64,000 bases of DNA from the NCBI GenBank assembly GCA_946965045.2, contig OX337235.1:3100001-3164000 (forward strand). Direction: 5' to 3'. Positions 12,116 to 24,300 of the stretch are shown in pieces (the stretch's first letter is position 1; every line of letters starts with the position of its first letter). Made by a program: the position numbers and the translations under genes. The stretch comes from Epithemia pelagica (Eukaryota > Protista > Bacillariophyta). The notes below the pieces were generated by a model. It saw only the letters and a program-made list of their open reading frames with translations, did not search any database and had not been told where the DNA came from.

Positions 12116-12186
12116 ATATAGGAACGTAGGAGCGGGGGACCAGAATCGATCGAGAGATGAAACTGATGAAACCATTTACAATTGTT

Positions 12187-12462
12187 CGCCATGCTTTCAA
12201 TGGTGCTGCACCAATTCAGACTGTACCTGTCGTTATTTGGACGGTTCACTGAAATTCTTTAGGATAGGAACGTAGGAAAGGGGGACTAGAACCAATCGCG
12301 AGACGAAACTGATGAAACCAATTACAGTTTTTGTCGTTAAAGAATGTTTTCCCTCGCAAGAAGATCAGCAGTCTATGTACTTTGTATTATTCTCTTTGTT
12401 CTATTATAAACCCCACATTATAGACGTAACTACTTCGAGTTTCAAATTACCCCGGCAGCCGA
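12187..12462 (+). repeat. Diverged copy of the LRR module-B C-terminus plus 3' flank
   Basis: CGCCATGCTTTCAATGGTGCTGCACCAATTCAG...AAATTACCCC is similar to about 4966-5240. Confidence 0.85.
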
Positions 12463-12690
12463 TGTAGCAGCTTGTCTTGTCAGGTGTAGCACATTCCCCA
12501 ACGATGAAGTCAGTGCCCAAGATGTGTGATAGCCACCTTCAGTTTGTCTCCATTCAATGATATCCTGCTACAAACAAGCACAACAAACCTAGGTATAATA
12601 GAACAGGTTCTAATTTGCCAATGACATGTAAATAGATTTTTGTTTGTTGCTGAGTAGACGTGATACTGTGGTAGATTCTTTTGTTTGGTT

Positions 12691-14826
12691 TTACGTTGCA
12701 CATTCACAACACGAACAACACACATTTTGGGCAGCTGAGCAGGTGTCTTCGACACCACAATCCACAATCGCCGATCCGGATCCAGTTGCTTTGGCAAAAT
12801 CCAAATTGTTACACACATCAACAGATACGGTCCCCGTCAAGCCTGGATTTCCCGACAAGTCCAAGGTGCGCAATTTGGACAAGTTGCCAAACCCAGTGGG
12901 CAAGGGTCCGGTCAAACCGGTATTTTTTAAATTCAAACTTCGCAAATTGACGTGGTTGCCAATGGAATTGGGAATCCCACCGGAAAAGCCATTGTTGGAC
13001 AAGTCCAAATTGGCCTGTAGTTTGGTCAAGGTGGAAATGGCGGGAAAACTACCCGAAAAGTTGTTATTGTCCAATCGGAGTGTTCGAAGTTCGGTAAGGG
13101 CCAAGAGACTGGGGACACTGGATCGCAATTGATTGTTGGCGACAATAAAGAGGGTGGCACGCGTCATGAACTGAACTTGGGAGGGTAAGGGTCCTGTCAA
13201 TTGATTCTCTCCCAAGTGGAATTGTCGAACTTGTGTCAAGGAGGACACGGAGGAAGGAATGGATCCCGGAAGCTGATTGCGACTGAGATTCAACGTCACA
13301 ACTCGCGTCCATTTGGTAAAGAGTGAATCCGATAAGGGAGTATCGAAAAAGTTGCCCACAATTTTGACAACGTTCAAATTTTCCAAATTGCCCAAGGAAT
13401 CGGGAATTCCACCCACCAAGCCCGTATCTGGTTTACCGGTATTGTCCAAGACCAACTCTCGCAAGGATGTCATTTCACTCAATTCTGGCACCAAGGTTCC
13501 TGTCATGCCGACATTGACCAATTCCAAGATTGTCAATTCTCCTGCTCCATTGCACGAGAGTTCCCCACCGGCCTGGCCAAATTCCCAATTGCATTCGTCT
13601 TGTTGTGGACTGGCCCAAAAGCCTTGTTCGGTCCAATCGGTGGGACCGTTGGTGGCGTAATAAAAGGCCATGAGACGAAAGCGTTGCAATTTGCGAGCAT
13701 CATTGACACTTTGGGTCCGTACATCAATGTTTTGACTCCACAAATAGGCACGATGTTGCGGTGTATTGGGAATGTCCACCGCCGCACCATTGTCGGCCGA
13801 ATTCTCGACAATCAAATCGTACAAGGCTTGACCGGATTCGGGCACAAAGGGAGGATATCCCGTCCTGGTCGGTACCATGGGTGCCGGACTAAAGGTGGGT
13901 CGAGGTGTAATGGTAGGAGCCGCCGAAACGGTCGGACTGTTCGTTGGTGCCGGCGAAATCGTTGGCGCTGGTGAGACGGTGGGAGCCGGAGATATACTCG
14001 GCGGTGTCGTGGGTTCGAAGGACACACTGGGAGCTGGCGAAACGGTGGGGGATTCGTCCTTGTCGCCGCCACCTCCACCGCCACCACCACCACCCGCAAC
14101 CAAGACAATAATAATGACAATGACACCCACCACTACCAGGCACGCCGCAACAACACCCATAATGACCCAATTGACATTTTCCAAACAGCTACAATCACAC
14201 GAGGGACCTTGAAAGGATTTGCGAGGCTTTGATTTGCGATCGTCATCGTCATTGTAGGAGCCATCGTCGACACCCCATCCTCCCATTCGAGCTTGTTCGG
14301 GTTCTGGTTCTTCGTTGTACTCTTCTTCGTCGTCTTCGTCGTCGTCACCACTTTCATCCTCGTCGTCATCGTCGTCTTCTTCGCCTTCGTCAATCGTGGC
14401 AGCTCGTCCCTTGCCACCCATGCTGGCCTTGCGAGAGGGTTTGTTCCCAAACAAGTTGAAGGAATTGCCACTGAGTTTGTTGCCATCCTTGCCAAATTCT
14501 CCTTCGTTGCTGGCAATAATTTCCGAGGTCGTACTCATACCCGAGGCACTCATAGTGGAGGAAATACCGCCCCGCTTGACATCGCTGTATTCACTACTAT
14601 AACTGGAATTCCCCCACGATGCATGATGGTTGCTGTTATTGTCGCCTCCTCCCGTTTCTTCATCCTCCTCGTCACTGCCCGACTCGTCTTCCTCACTCCC
14701 CGACTCTTCCTCGTCACTGCCCGATTCTTCCTCCTCCTCATCACTTTCTTCGTCGTAATCACTCCCCGAATCGTCTTCTTCCTCTTCTTCACTGTCGTAT
14801 TCTTCACTATCTCCTCCTCGCGACAT
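12691..14826 (-). CDS. Type-II membrane LRR (L-domain) protein, module C
   Basis: Acidic N-terminus, TM helix WVIMGVVAACLVVVGVIVIIIVLVA, Pro/Ser/Thr stalk, plant-type LRRs (LxLxxNxLxGxIP), Cys-rich C-cap; 711 aa, intact. Confidence 0.9.
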   Translation of the reverse strand: MSRGGDSEEYDSEEEEEDDSGSDYDEESDEEEEESGSDEEESGSEEDESGSDEEDEETGGGDNNSNHHASWGNSSYSSEYSDVKRGGISSTMSASGMSTTSEIIASNEGEFGKDGNKLSGNSFNLFGNKPSRKASMGGKGRAATIDEGEEDDDDDEDESGDDDEDDEEEYNEEPEPEQARMGGWGVDDGSYNDDDDRKSKPRKSFQGPSCDCSCLENVNWVIMGVVAACLVVVGVIVIIIVLVAGGGGGGGGGGDKDESPTVSPAPSVSFEPTTPPSISPAPTVSPAPTISPAPTNSPTVSAAPTITPRPTFSPAPMVPTRTGYPPFVPESGQALYDLIVENSADNGAAVDIPNTPQHRAYLWSQNIDVRTQSVNDARKLQRFRLMAFYYATNGPTDWTEQGFWASPQQDECNWEFGQAGGELSCNGAGELTILELVNVGMTGTLVPELSEMTSLRELVLDNTGKPDTGLVGGIPDSLGNLENLNVVKIVGNFFDTPLSDSLFTKWTRVVTLNLSRNQLPGSIPSSVSSLTQVRQFHLGENQLTGPLPSQVQFMTRATLFIVANNQLRSSVPSLLALTELRTLRLDNNNFSGSFPAISTLTKLQANLDLSNNGFSGGIPNSIGNHVNLRSLNLKNTGLTGPLPTGFGNLSKLRTLDLSGNPGLTGTVSVDVCNNLDFAKATGSGSAIVDCGVEDTCSAAQNVCCSCCECAT

Positions 14827-16177
14827 GGTTTAGAGACTGCTTTTTTTAAGTATTCGGTGACACACAAACGAACAAAAGGTTGCTGTCCACACTCGATATC
14901 TTGTGAGGGGAGGGAAAGATGGATGCAATGAATGCGCTACAGCAAAGCAAAGCAAAACCAAGGGCACTGAAAAAGAAACACCCAAGGCCACAGCAACAAC
15001 CACTCCAAATAACACACAATCACCTCATCCACAGCAGAGAGAGAGCGAGTGATTGCGTGGATCTCTCTCACAAACAAGCAGAACCACCAAGAGAGGTCAA
15101 TATGTCTCATGAAATCCCCGAAAACTCACTGGGACCAAAAAAAGTGAGAACTCCTTTTCGGCCAATATCCAAGACTCAATGCCCAACCAGTTCCCACGAA
15201 TTGTGGGCAATACGCCAAGGATTTCCGTTCAGGAATCTTCCGAATGTCGATGGCCGGTCACCGATACTTTCCCACCCAAAACTATGTGCATCTTTTTTAG
15301 CTTTCTCCTCATGGTAGTTCTTTGAATTTCATCGATGAGAGACTCCCCTGAGGATCTCTACTAGAGGTTTTTCCTACCTCTCTAGTGGTTGTTGTCGGGT
15401 GCAAGATTGAATCATAACGAGTTGCATTCCCCTCTTTTACACAACAAGGACATCGTTGACGACGACAGGAAACTCTGTGGGTGAAACAGAAGAACACCCG
15501 CAACAAACATGACAATGACACCCAACCCTGTCTTTGGATATTGTATCATACCGATAGGCTGTGGCGATTTTGGGGCAAACCTTTTTGATGGAATGTAGTT
15601 TTGTGTCATTTCTATGGATCGGGAGATGATTGTCCCTCTCTCTCTCTCTAGAGTTGCTAGTGCTCCGAAGTAGTTTACCCCCAAACAATGGTTCTCGCCA
15701 CAAATCTTCCGATTTATCTTGTTACGACAGTCCCCGTTGGTGATATTGTACAAACAATAGCGGGTCCATACCCATACCGTCAAAGTTTGGTCGGTTGCAG
15801 CTATACTCATTCTCATGGTGGTGCATCCCAGAGTCCAGAGTCTCGACTCTCGGGACATCTTCGAATAGGTAGATCGAAACAAGAACAGGGAACCAATGTT
15901 CCTGCAACCGCAACGCAGCTTCCGAGAAACGTCGGTTGAGAGTCATGGCCCGGCGCTCTCAATACATCTCATCGTTTGTCTGTACTATATTCTTTCGATG
16001 AATATATCATGATATACCCTCAAAGTGCTGGGGCGTTATACATTCGCGCGCGTCGGACGTTGGTCGTGCAGCTTTCTCCGTTGCACCAAACGACTCGCTC
16101 ACATTTTACCACAATCCCAAATTTTTGCCACAATCCCTTCGAAGGAGAGCGACAAACCTTGCTGATTGATTTTTACC

Positions 16178-17480
16178 ATGGCTGGAACTACAACAACGAA
16201 CCATCCGAGCAGCAAACGAATGATTTCAACGACGAGACTTGGTCGGTCCATGGGACTCGTGCTGATGGTGTGGTCCATACTATTCGTGTGTTTGGACCAA
16301 GTAGCAGCCGCAAAACGGAGGAATAGAAATGACCGCCGCCGATTGAGCAAAAACGATGACGACTACTACGATTATTATTATGATGACGACGACGACGACA
16401 AGGTACGTCTCATGGAACACACCATGGAGGAATACAGACGAGCGACACTCGTGGTAAAGCCATGACCACGAGAAGACATGTGGTTCTCTTTGTTTCCCCC
16501 GTTCTCTTTCGAAGGTAGCCCATTGGAGTTGTACGGATATGAGATTCACTCTCACAGGCCAGCCTATTTCTGTTTGTATGTCGCTTCGGACCCTATAGTG
16601 TGGCGAATGTACGGGTGCCATTGAACACTTGTATGTCGATTGCGTGGCTCCCAGTACAGTCACTTCCAACAAGGTTCGCGAATTGAACAATCCAGCCCTG
16701 TGTGCCATGGATTATTGGAAATGGATGGAATTTGTCCAACAACATTATTCCGATTGTCTCTTGGCTGGTGTCGCTTCTCCCTATGTTTTGCCCTTTTATG
16801 CCTCCTTGATCAATGATGCATCGGCCTACGCCCTGTTGGGTATCTTCAAGGCGGACGATGCCGCCTATGCCTGTCAAACTCAGCAATACAAGTGTCCCGA
16901 AGACTGGTACAATTTTCGACATGAACCCGTAGAGTCTACCTTGTGGCTGGATGGCCTCGTCGACGGTATCGATGACCAGGTGCCCAACCAGGTGGCCAAT
17001 GTCGCCTATGTTGGAGGCGATGGTGTCCTGTACGATGCCAGCATGTATCGAACTTTTGATCATGCCATTCTCGAATGTTGTCGGGGAACGCAGTGTTATC
17101 GTCCCTATTGGGGCATTCATGGCAATCCGGCCGACCAGAATGGCGACGACGACAAGACCAACACGGCCACTGGGACTTCCACGCCGGGGAATGCTGGAGC
17201 AGCAGCAGCGGCTGGAAGTGGTGGTGGTGGTGGTGGTGCCACTCCCGCCACGGTAGAAGGAGGAGGCGCAACAGTGGCCACGGCCAATGACAATGATCGA
17301 TCGGTCGGAACATCATCACAAAACGGACAAGAACAAGAGGGATTATCGACCACCATTTCGGCCGGTACCGCGGCTCAAACCAATGCTGCGACACGCAGCG
17401 GCAGCAGCAGTAGTTTGACAGTCCTGGCAATCACCATGCTCGTAGTATTGCTGACCACCACCAATCGGATGATATCATGA
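16178..17480 (+). CDS. Secreted, probably GPI-anchored Cys-containing protein (2 exons)
   Basis: Hydrophobic signal-like segment GLVLMVWSILFVCLDQVAAA. A phase-0 GT-AG intron 16403-16598 joins ...DDK to CGECTG... in frame. Gly/Ala/Thr linker and hydrophobic C-terminal tail LTVLAITMLVVLL. Confidence 0.7.
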
Positions 17481-18216
17481 TCGTGGAGTTGCTACGGGTC
17501 ACAGCATGACACGAAGAAGACGAAGTATGGACTGTATTTGTAGAGTACGCTAGTAATAATAATCATTCCAGCGCCATGAGTGTCGCGTCGTTTTGGTCTT
17601 TCTTATCGACACAACAGCCAGTCCCCAAACCGACGGATCACAACACACCAAATAGCAAACTTCTAGCTATCATCCGACCACTAAAGTCGAGGAGCGTCCC
17701 GAACTGGGGAGAACGAGGCCAAGGGCGAAACGAAACATTGTCAGTGGGATGGGTTGGTTTTTGTTGCTACTGCTGCCAACTCAAGGTCCAAGAATTGTAG
17801 GAGTAGAACGACACTGATGCCTCTGGCGAATCATATTCCTTGTGCTAGCTAGAGAGAAGGAGTAATAGCTAGTGTTGCTGTCGTATGTCCCGTGATAAAG
17901 GACAAAGGAGGTGGTACACTCATAGGTGTATCGCTTTTTTGGTAGCGGTCCATTTGGGGGGAATGTTGGATTGGTTGGGGAGAAGTCATTGTGGTCATTT
18001 TCCATTGAGGGGCAATTCTTTGTGTACAAGTCCCAAAGCATTGATCCCAACAAGCTTGTGAGATGGCAATTCTGTCGTCTCAAAATGGCATTTCCTCTCT
18101 CAAGTTCCAACCACTGCAGGCACGAAACAAGCGAGAGGGAGGAACAGCATCGATTGCCCGGACGAAACCAATCAATCAATCCATCCATTAATTAGTCCAT
18201 TACATAATCCATCATC

Positions 18217-20436
18217 ATGTCTCGAAGTGAACGCGATCGGTTTTTGGATGAAGACGAAGATGATGATGATGACTCGGAGGAGGAATCCTCGGACGATGAT
18301 GATGATGATGATGATGACTCGGACGACGACGATGAGGATGATTCCTCTGACGACGATGAGGATGATTCCTCTGACGATGACGATGATGATGATGACGACG
18401 AGGAGAGTAGTGACGACGATGATGATGATGACGACGACGATTATGCGGAACGAGCCCGACAAAGTCGACGAGGAGACGATTCCGATGAAGACGAGGATGA
18501 GGGGGAAGACTATGACGATGAGCACGAAACTTTAAATGATGAAAAACCACAGGGTGGTGCCAAGGGCAATGGTTGGTTTGGAGGCATGTTTGGATCCTTC
18601 AAAGCCGATGGAGATGACGACGATGACGAGGACGATCGTCGTCCCGAACAAGCGCGGCCTCGAGGCGATTCGGGTGGTTCCAACACCCAAAAGTACATGA
18701 TTGTGGGAGGAGTCATTGGTGTATTGGCAGTCGTGGGTGTCGTCTTGGGCATTGTCGTGTCGGGTGGCGGTGGTGGCGGTGGAAGTGACAAACAAGGGGC
18801 ACCGGCGGGACCGACTCCGGCACCCTCCGTTTCCGCGGCACCGTCCGTCTCCATGGCACCATCCATTTCGTTGGAACCAACGGTATCGCCCACGATATCT
18901 CCGGCACCATCGTGGGAGTCCCTGTTGGATGGGTCCGGTCAACCATCCATGCCCCCCGTGGAGGAGGTGACTCCCACCGTGTCACCGGTGGAAGCACACG
19001 ATGGGATTGATACCAGCACGGAATTGTTTGAGTTGATTGCTTTGAATTCTGCCGACAATGGGACGGCTGTCGTGTATCAACCCGATTCTCCCCAACAACG
19101 AGCCTTTTTGTGGTTGCAAAATGTCGATACCCTGACACGAAACAGTCTCCAACAACGGAGAGAACGACGATTGAACCCTGCGGCGGAATCCAAGCGGTTG
19201 CTCCGTGGTAGCAGTTTGCAAGAAAACGAGGATGATTCGGCTCGACGACTGACGGGTCCTATTAGTGACATTCAAATTGTGCAACGATATCGATTAATGG
19301 CCTTTTACTATGGCAGCAATGGTGATACGACCTGGACCAATTCCGCCTTTTTTGGCAGTCCCGACAAGCAGGAATGCAACTGGGACTTTAATCAAGATGA
19401 GGTCCAACTCAAGATTGATTGTATCTCACGCGTGTTTACCAATCCCGATACGGACGAGGAGGAAACGGTCCAAGTGGTGGTGCGGTTGATTCTCCAAGAC
19501 AATCATGTCACGGGTCAATTGGTTCCGGAACTGGGCGACATGACCACCTTGACGGAATTAATCATTGACAATTCCGATTCGGACGTTGGCATGACGGGTG
19601 GTATTCCAGAATCCTTTGGTCAATTGCATCGCATGACCAAGTTCAAGATTAGTGGCAACGACTTTAGTTCCCAGCCCTTGCCCTCCAACTTGTTGAACGA
19701 TTGGACCGATTTGGTCATTTTCAATGTGGGTCGGAATCGGTTGCCCGGTCTCATTCCCACATTGGGACCGCACTTGGAGACCATGACGCAATTCAATCTG
19801 GCCAACAATGACTTGACGGGTGCCATTCCACGGACCATTTCCTTTTTGAAAGGCCTCTCGTTGTTGACCCTGTCCAACAATGACTTGGAGGGAGACGTGC
19901 CACCGGAACTGTCGAGTCTGTCCCAACTTCGCAGCTTGACCTTGGACAACAACAAACTGACGGGTCCCTTTCCCGATGTGTCCACCATGGTTGAATTGAA
20001 GGCACAATTGGATCTTTCCAACAATTTGTTTTCCGGTCCCATTCCCAGTACGGCCTTGAACAATAACGTCAAGTTACAAGCCTTGTGGCTTCACAACAAC
20101 AACTTTGAAGGACCGTTACCGGACCTGTCCCCCTTGCTCAATTTGCGCAAATTGGATTTGTCGGGTAATCCATTCTTGACGGGAACCGTGTCGGAGCCCT
20201 TTTGTACCAATGAGGAGAAATTTGCCAGTGCCTATGGAAATGTCATGTGTGTTCCCGATCATGTCAATGACCAATGTGCGAGTGAACCAACGGCATTGGT
20301 TTGTTGTCCCTGCTGTGTCTGTGTCGAATCGGTACTACCCACTCCCACCCCAGCTCCCGTGGCCGTTTCGGTACCCACCGACACGGAGACACCCACAACA
20401 TCATCTTCCGCTCCTTCGGGTGATACGGGAGCGTAA
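18217..20436 (+). CDS. Type-II membrane LRR protein, module D
   Basis: Poly-Asp N-terminus, TM MIVGGVIGVLAVVGVVLGIVVSG, PSxxP stalk, LRRs, CCPCCVC cap; 739 aa, intact. Confidence 0.9.
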   Translation: MSRSERDRFLDEDEDDDDDSEEESSDDDDDDDDDSDDDDEDDSSDDDEDDSSDDDDDDDDDEESSDDDDDDDDDDYAERARQSRRGDDSDEDEDEGEDYDDEHETLNDEKPQGGAKGNGWFGGMFGSFKADGDDDDDEDDRRPEQARPRGDSGGSNTQKYMIVGGVIGVLAVVGVVLGIVVSGGGGGGGSDKQGAPAGPTPAPSVSAAPSVSMAPSISLEPTVSPTISPAPSWESLLDGSGQPSMPPVEEVTPTVSPVEAHDGIDTSTELFELIALNSADNGTAVVYQPDSPQQRAFLWLQNVDTLTRNSLQQRRERRLNPAAESKRLLRGSSLQENEDDSARRLTGPISDIQIVQRYRLMAFYYGSNGDTTWTNSAFFGSPDKQECNWDFNQDEVQLKIDCISRVFTNPDTDEEETVQVVVRLILQDNHVTGQLVPELGDMTTLTELIIDNSDSDVGMTGGIPESFGQLHRMTKFKISGNDFSSQPLPSNLLNDWTDLVIFNVGRNRLPGLIPTLGPHLETMTQFNLANNDLTGAIPRTISFLKGLSLLTLSNNDLEGDVPPELSSLSQLRSLTLDNNKLTGPFPDVSTMVELKAQLDLSNNLFSGPIPSTALNNNVKLQALWLHNNNFEGPLPDLSPLLNLRKLDLSGNPFLTGTVSEPFCTNEEKFASAYGNVMCVPDHVNDQCASEPTALVCCPCCVCVESVLPTPTPAPVAVSVPTDTETPTTSSSAPSGDTGA

Positions 20437-20730
20437 CATGTCGTGGTGGTGCGGCTGTTCTCAGTCCTTGACTCCCATCCGACCAAATCTGGGTGTTGTG
20501 GATCGTCCGGCTTGGTAGCAACAGACTGCTTGTAGTGTCTCGACCCACATTGCCTTTCTATTTCTCCAATGGGACCTTCACCGAATCGCAAGATTGCGTG
20601 TTGTTGGCAATCCAGTATCGTTGTACGATTATATATTCATTCATCCAATCTATTTTAGAGTCTCTCTTTCTCTTTACTTCTATGTTCATGGTGATGTAGT
20701 ATTTCTCGGATCCTTCTCCAATTGGGTTTG

Positions 20731-20960
20731 TCAATGGTGCTGCATCAATTCGACCTGGACCTGTCGTTATGGGGAAGGTTCACTGAAATGCTTGAGGATA
20801 GGAACGTAGAAAAGGGCGATCCAGAGACGAAACGGATGAAACCAATTACATTTGCTGTCTGTTGTCCCTCTCACGACGATCACCAGTCTGTGCACTCTTT
20901 GTTCTATATTAAACCGCCCGAACATTCTAGACGTAACGACTGGTGCAAATTACAATTGTC
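20731..20960 (+). repeat. Further diverged copy of the module-B C-terminus plus 3' flank
   Basis: Encodes QWCCINSTWTCRYGEGSLKC and is followed by the same 3' sequence as 4970-5240 and 12187-12462. Confidence 0.75.
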
Positions 20961-21366
20961 CCCAGAGAGTCGCTGGAAAATATGATTGGATCGTTACTTC
21001 CCGGAACAGTCGGGAAACTGTATTAGGAGTATAACACAAAAAAGAGGCTAGCTGCTCTCTCGGAGAGCCTAGAGAACCAGCGAACTTGCCATTGAGATTT
21101 TTGAGAGATGAAGCCGACTTTTTGGTCCTATATAGGGCGCAGTCATAGACATGGACCCAACAAGTTGGCGTACCAGTGCTGGGCTATAGCAAAAAGTTGA
21201 TCGCGAACACTAAACTCATCATTAATACTTTTTCACAAAAAATTGTTTCTGCCTTTTCCTCATCATCTCTCCGCAAATCAACTGCAAAAATGAAGCCTCG
21301 TGGCTTTGTTGCTCCTTTTTCCTTGGACAAACAGTCTAACTCATCTTTGCCGTTGATTCATAGAAG

Positions 21367-24300
21367 ATGAATCGTCTATTGATGCTTCTTCTCATTGCTG
21401 GCCTGGTGGCTGGCAGCATGGCCGAGTTCAACTTTTCTCGTGAGCTTGGAAAGAAAGACGACGGCGACTATTCTGGAAAGAAAGAAAAGAACAATGACTA
21501 CGACGATAAAAAGAAGAAACAGAATGCAAAGAAGTACGACGATGACTACGGCAAGAAGGGACAGAAGGAGAAGGGTGACGTGATGGTGGCCAACAATAAC
21601 TACGATGAAAAGAAACAGAATGCAAAGAAGTACGACGATGACTACGGCAAGAAAGGAAAGAAGGAGAAGGGCGGCGTGATGGTGGCCAAAATAGATACCG
21701 ACAACAACAAGGGTGGAGGTGGCATTTCCACCTTTCCAGTATCTTCCACAACGGATACACCAACAAATGCTAGGCCATCATCCATGCCGACCTTATCACC
21801 GGTGAACAATATACCGACCGTGACACCACTCCGTCCTGATTTTGTGGTCACTGCCGAATTCTTTGATTTGGTCGTGGCCTCCTCGACCGACAATGGTGCA
21901 GCTGTGCGGACCGTAGGATCACCGCAACAACAAGCCTATGTCTGGTTGGAATCCGATGTCCAAGCCGCCCGCAATCGACGCTTGCGACAACAAGAACAAG
22001 AACAAGAACACCGCTATCCTGGGCATACAAGCCCATCTCTTGCCACGCGTGACTTGTTGGCTGATTTGCATCCCTTTCGATACTTGCAACGGTACAGTCT
22101 CATGACGCTCTTTTATGCCACAAATGGACCTACGGAGTGGAACAATAAGGCAAGTCTTGGTGATACCGACGAATCGGAGTGTCTTTGGGATTTCAATAAT
22201 ATATTGGTGGATTGTGAGACCCAAACGTTTGATTGGGAAGAGACCAATCCGGATGGGACCACCAACGTTACCTCGATACAAGAAAAGGTGCTGATCAAAT
22301 TGGAAGTGGAAAACAATCGTGTCACGGGAAATTTGGTGGCCGAAGTGGCGCAATTGACGTCGTTGCGGATCTTGGTGATTGACAATACAGCCAATTCCGA
22401 CGCGGGATTGACGGGTGGTATTCCGGCCGAATGGAGTGCCTTGACCAACTTGGAACAGGTCAAAATTGTCGCCAATCAATTCACTGAACCGTTACCACCG
22501 GACTTGACGAGAAATTGGGACCGATTGCAACGATTGAACCTCGCCCGCAATCAATTGCCGGGACCCTTACCAACCTCCTTGACTGAAAGCAATCATCCTC
22601 AATTGCAACAAATCATTGTAACCGACAATCAATTGACGGGTGTCTTGACTGGCATTGCCACCATCACGACACTGACCCAACTGGTCTTGAACGACAATTT
22701 GTTTGAAGGGGAGTTGCCACCTGAATTGGGCAATTTGCAATCCCTCAGGAGTTTGAAATTGGGCGGGAATCGTTTTTCGGGGAATTTCCCCTCCTTTGTT
22801 TCAACGCTTACCGAGTTGAAAGCCGATTGTGACTTGAGTCGCAATCAATTTTCCGGAGTCATTCCCAATGATGCCTTTGCTGATTGACACAATTGCAACA
22901 ATTATTGTTACACGACAGTGGGTTTGGTGGACCTTTACCTACCAGTTTGAATAAATTGAACAAAATGCGTCGGTTAAACGTGGCCAGTCAACGGACGACG
23001 CCCGATCCACCGGGTCCTTTTCGAGGGGAGGTTCCCCCACCACTCTTTACCAGTGTGTCCGGACAGGCCAACAATGCCTATGTCTGGGTCTTTTGTGAGA
23101 ATCCCGACATAGATGATCCCAGTGATGACACAACTTGTGATCGGAGAGTATCGGTTTGTTGTTCCTGTTGTACCTGTGCCCACTGCCAACGGAACCCCAG
23201 CACTGTCCAGTGCTCCTTCAGAAGCACCGACATGAAGAGGGCTGTCCACTAGTGCTCCAACTCCCAGTATCCTTCCACAACTCATAGAAAGCGCGTGTGA
23301 TGGTCTGCCAGAGAATTGCGCCGCCGTGAGGCAGCCCGGTACGCCACAGAACCAAGCCATTTTGTGGCTTGCCAACAGTCAAGACGTGCAATTCATGACC
23401 GAAACCACTCAAATGGCTCGCTATGGCCTCGCCACATTGTATTATAGTACCAGCGGTGATGACTGGCTAAGGAACGACGACTGGCTCTCCGACCTTCCTC
23501 TTTGTAGATGGTACAGTACCTCTCAATTCACCAACATTTGCGACCCGATGGGGAACCTGCTCCATCTGGAGTTGGACAACAACAATCTGAACGGATCCCT
23601 GGTTCCCGAACTTGCCCTCTTGCCGACGATGCAAACACTTAGTATCAAGAGTTCGGGTACAGGACAATTAACAGGTCTCCTTCCACCAACTTTGGCTGCC
23701 TTGTCCCAGCTCACCAGTGTCACAAGAACGGGAAATTCATTCTCTGGAGGACTGCCGGATACATACGGAGACTGGGTGCAAGTGCAAACACTGGATTTGA
23801 GCAACAATAACCTTTCAGGTACCATTCCTTTGGGATTTGGACCGTTTCTCTCTGCGAATTCCATCGATTTATCCGACAACAACCTCTCGGGTCCCGTCCC
23901 TGCATCATTGGTCATTTCGGGAGTGTCGCCCAATGACAATCTATTCGACCTGAATTTGGATGACAATCGCTTCACCTTTATACCAAGTCAATTTGGTTTG
24001 CTGCGAAATATGATTAGTCTCCGCGCGAACCGAAATAATTTGCAAGTCTTCCCGACTGCCGTCTTCTCCATGACACAATTGCAAGTATTGCAACTCAGTG
24101 GCAACGGCATGGACGGACCCCTTGCCACTGGATTAGCGGCCAATGTGAACCTGAAAGATTTGTTCTTGTTGGACAACCGACTGACGGGTCCACTCATTCC
24201 AGAACTGTTTACCTTGGAAAATTTGGAACGGCTTAATTTGAGTTTCAATCGCTTGTCGGGTCCCATTCCGTCCAACATTGGAAATTTGGTCAATGTACGA

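Larger units (their letters stand above)
2146..12186 (+). repeat. Tandem array, 3537-bp unit, about 2.84 near-identical copies
   Basis: AGGCGTCACAAAAG occurs at 2146, 5683 and 9220; CRN stops at 3772, 7309 and 10846; identity ends at 12186. Only a few SNPs seen (2316, 2399, 2565 between copies 1 and 2; one T>S change in the header between copies 2 and 3). Confidence 0.97.

Noticed and set aside
15309-15946. Short ORFs between the 12691 gene and the GPI gene
   Set aside because: No recognisable motif and no consistent splice model.
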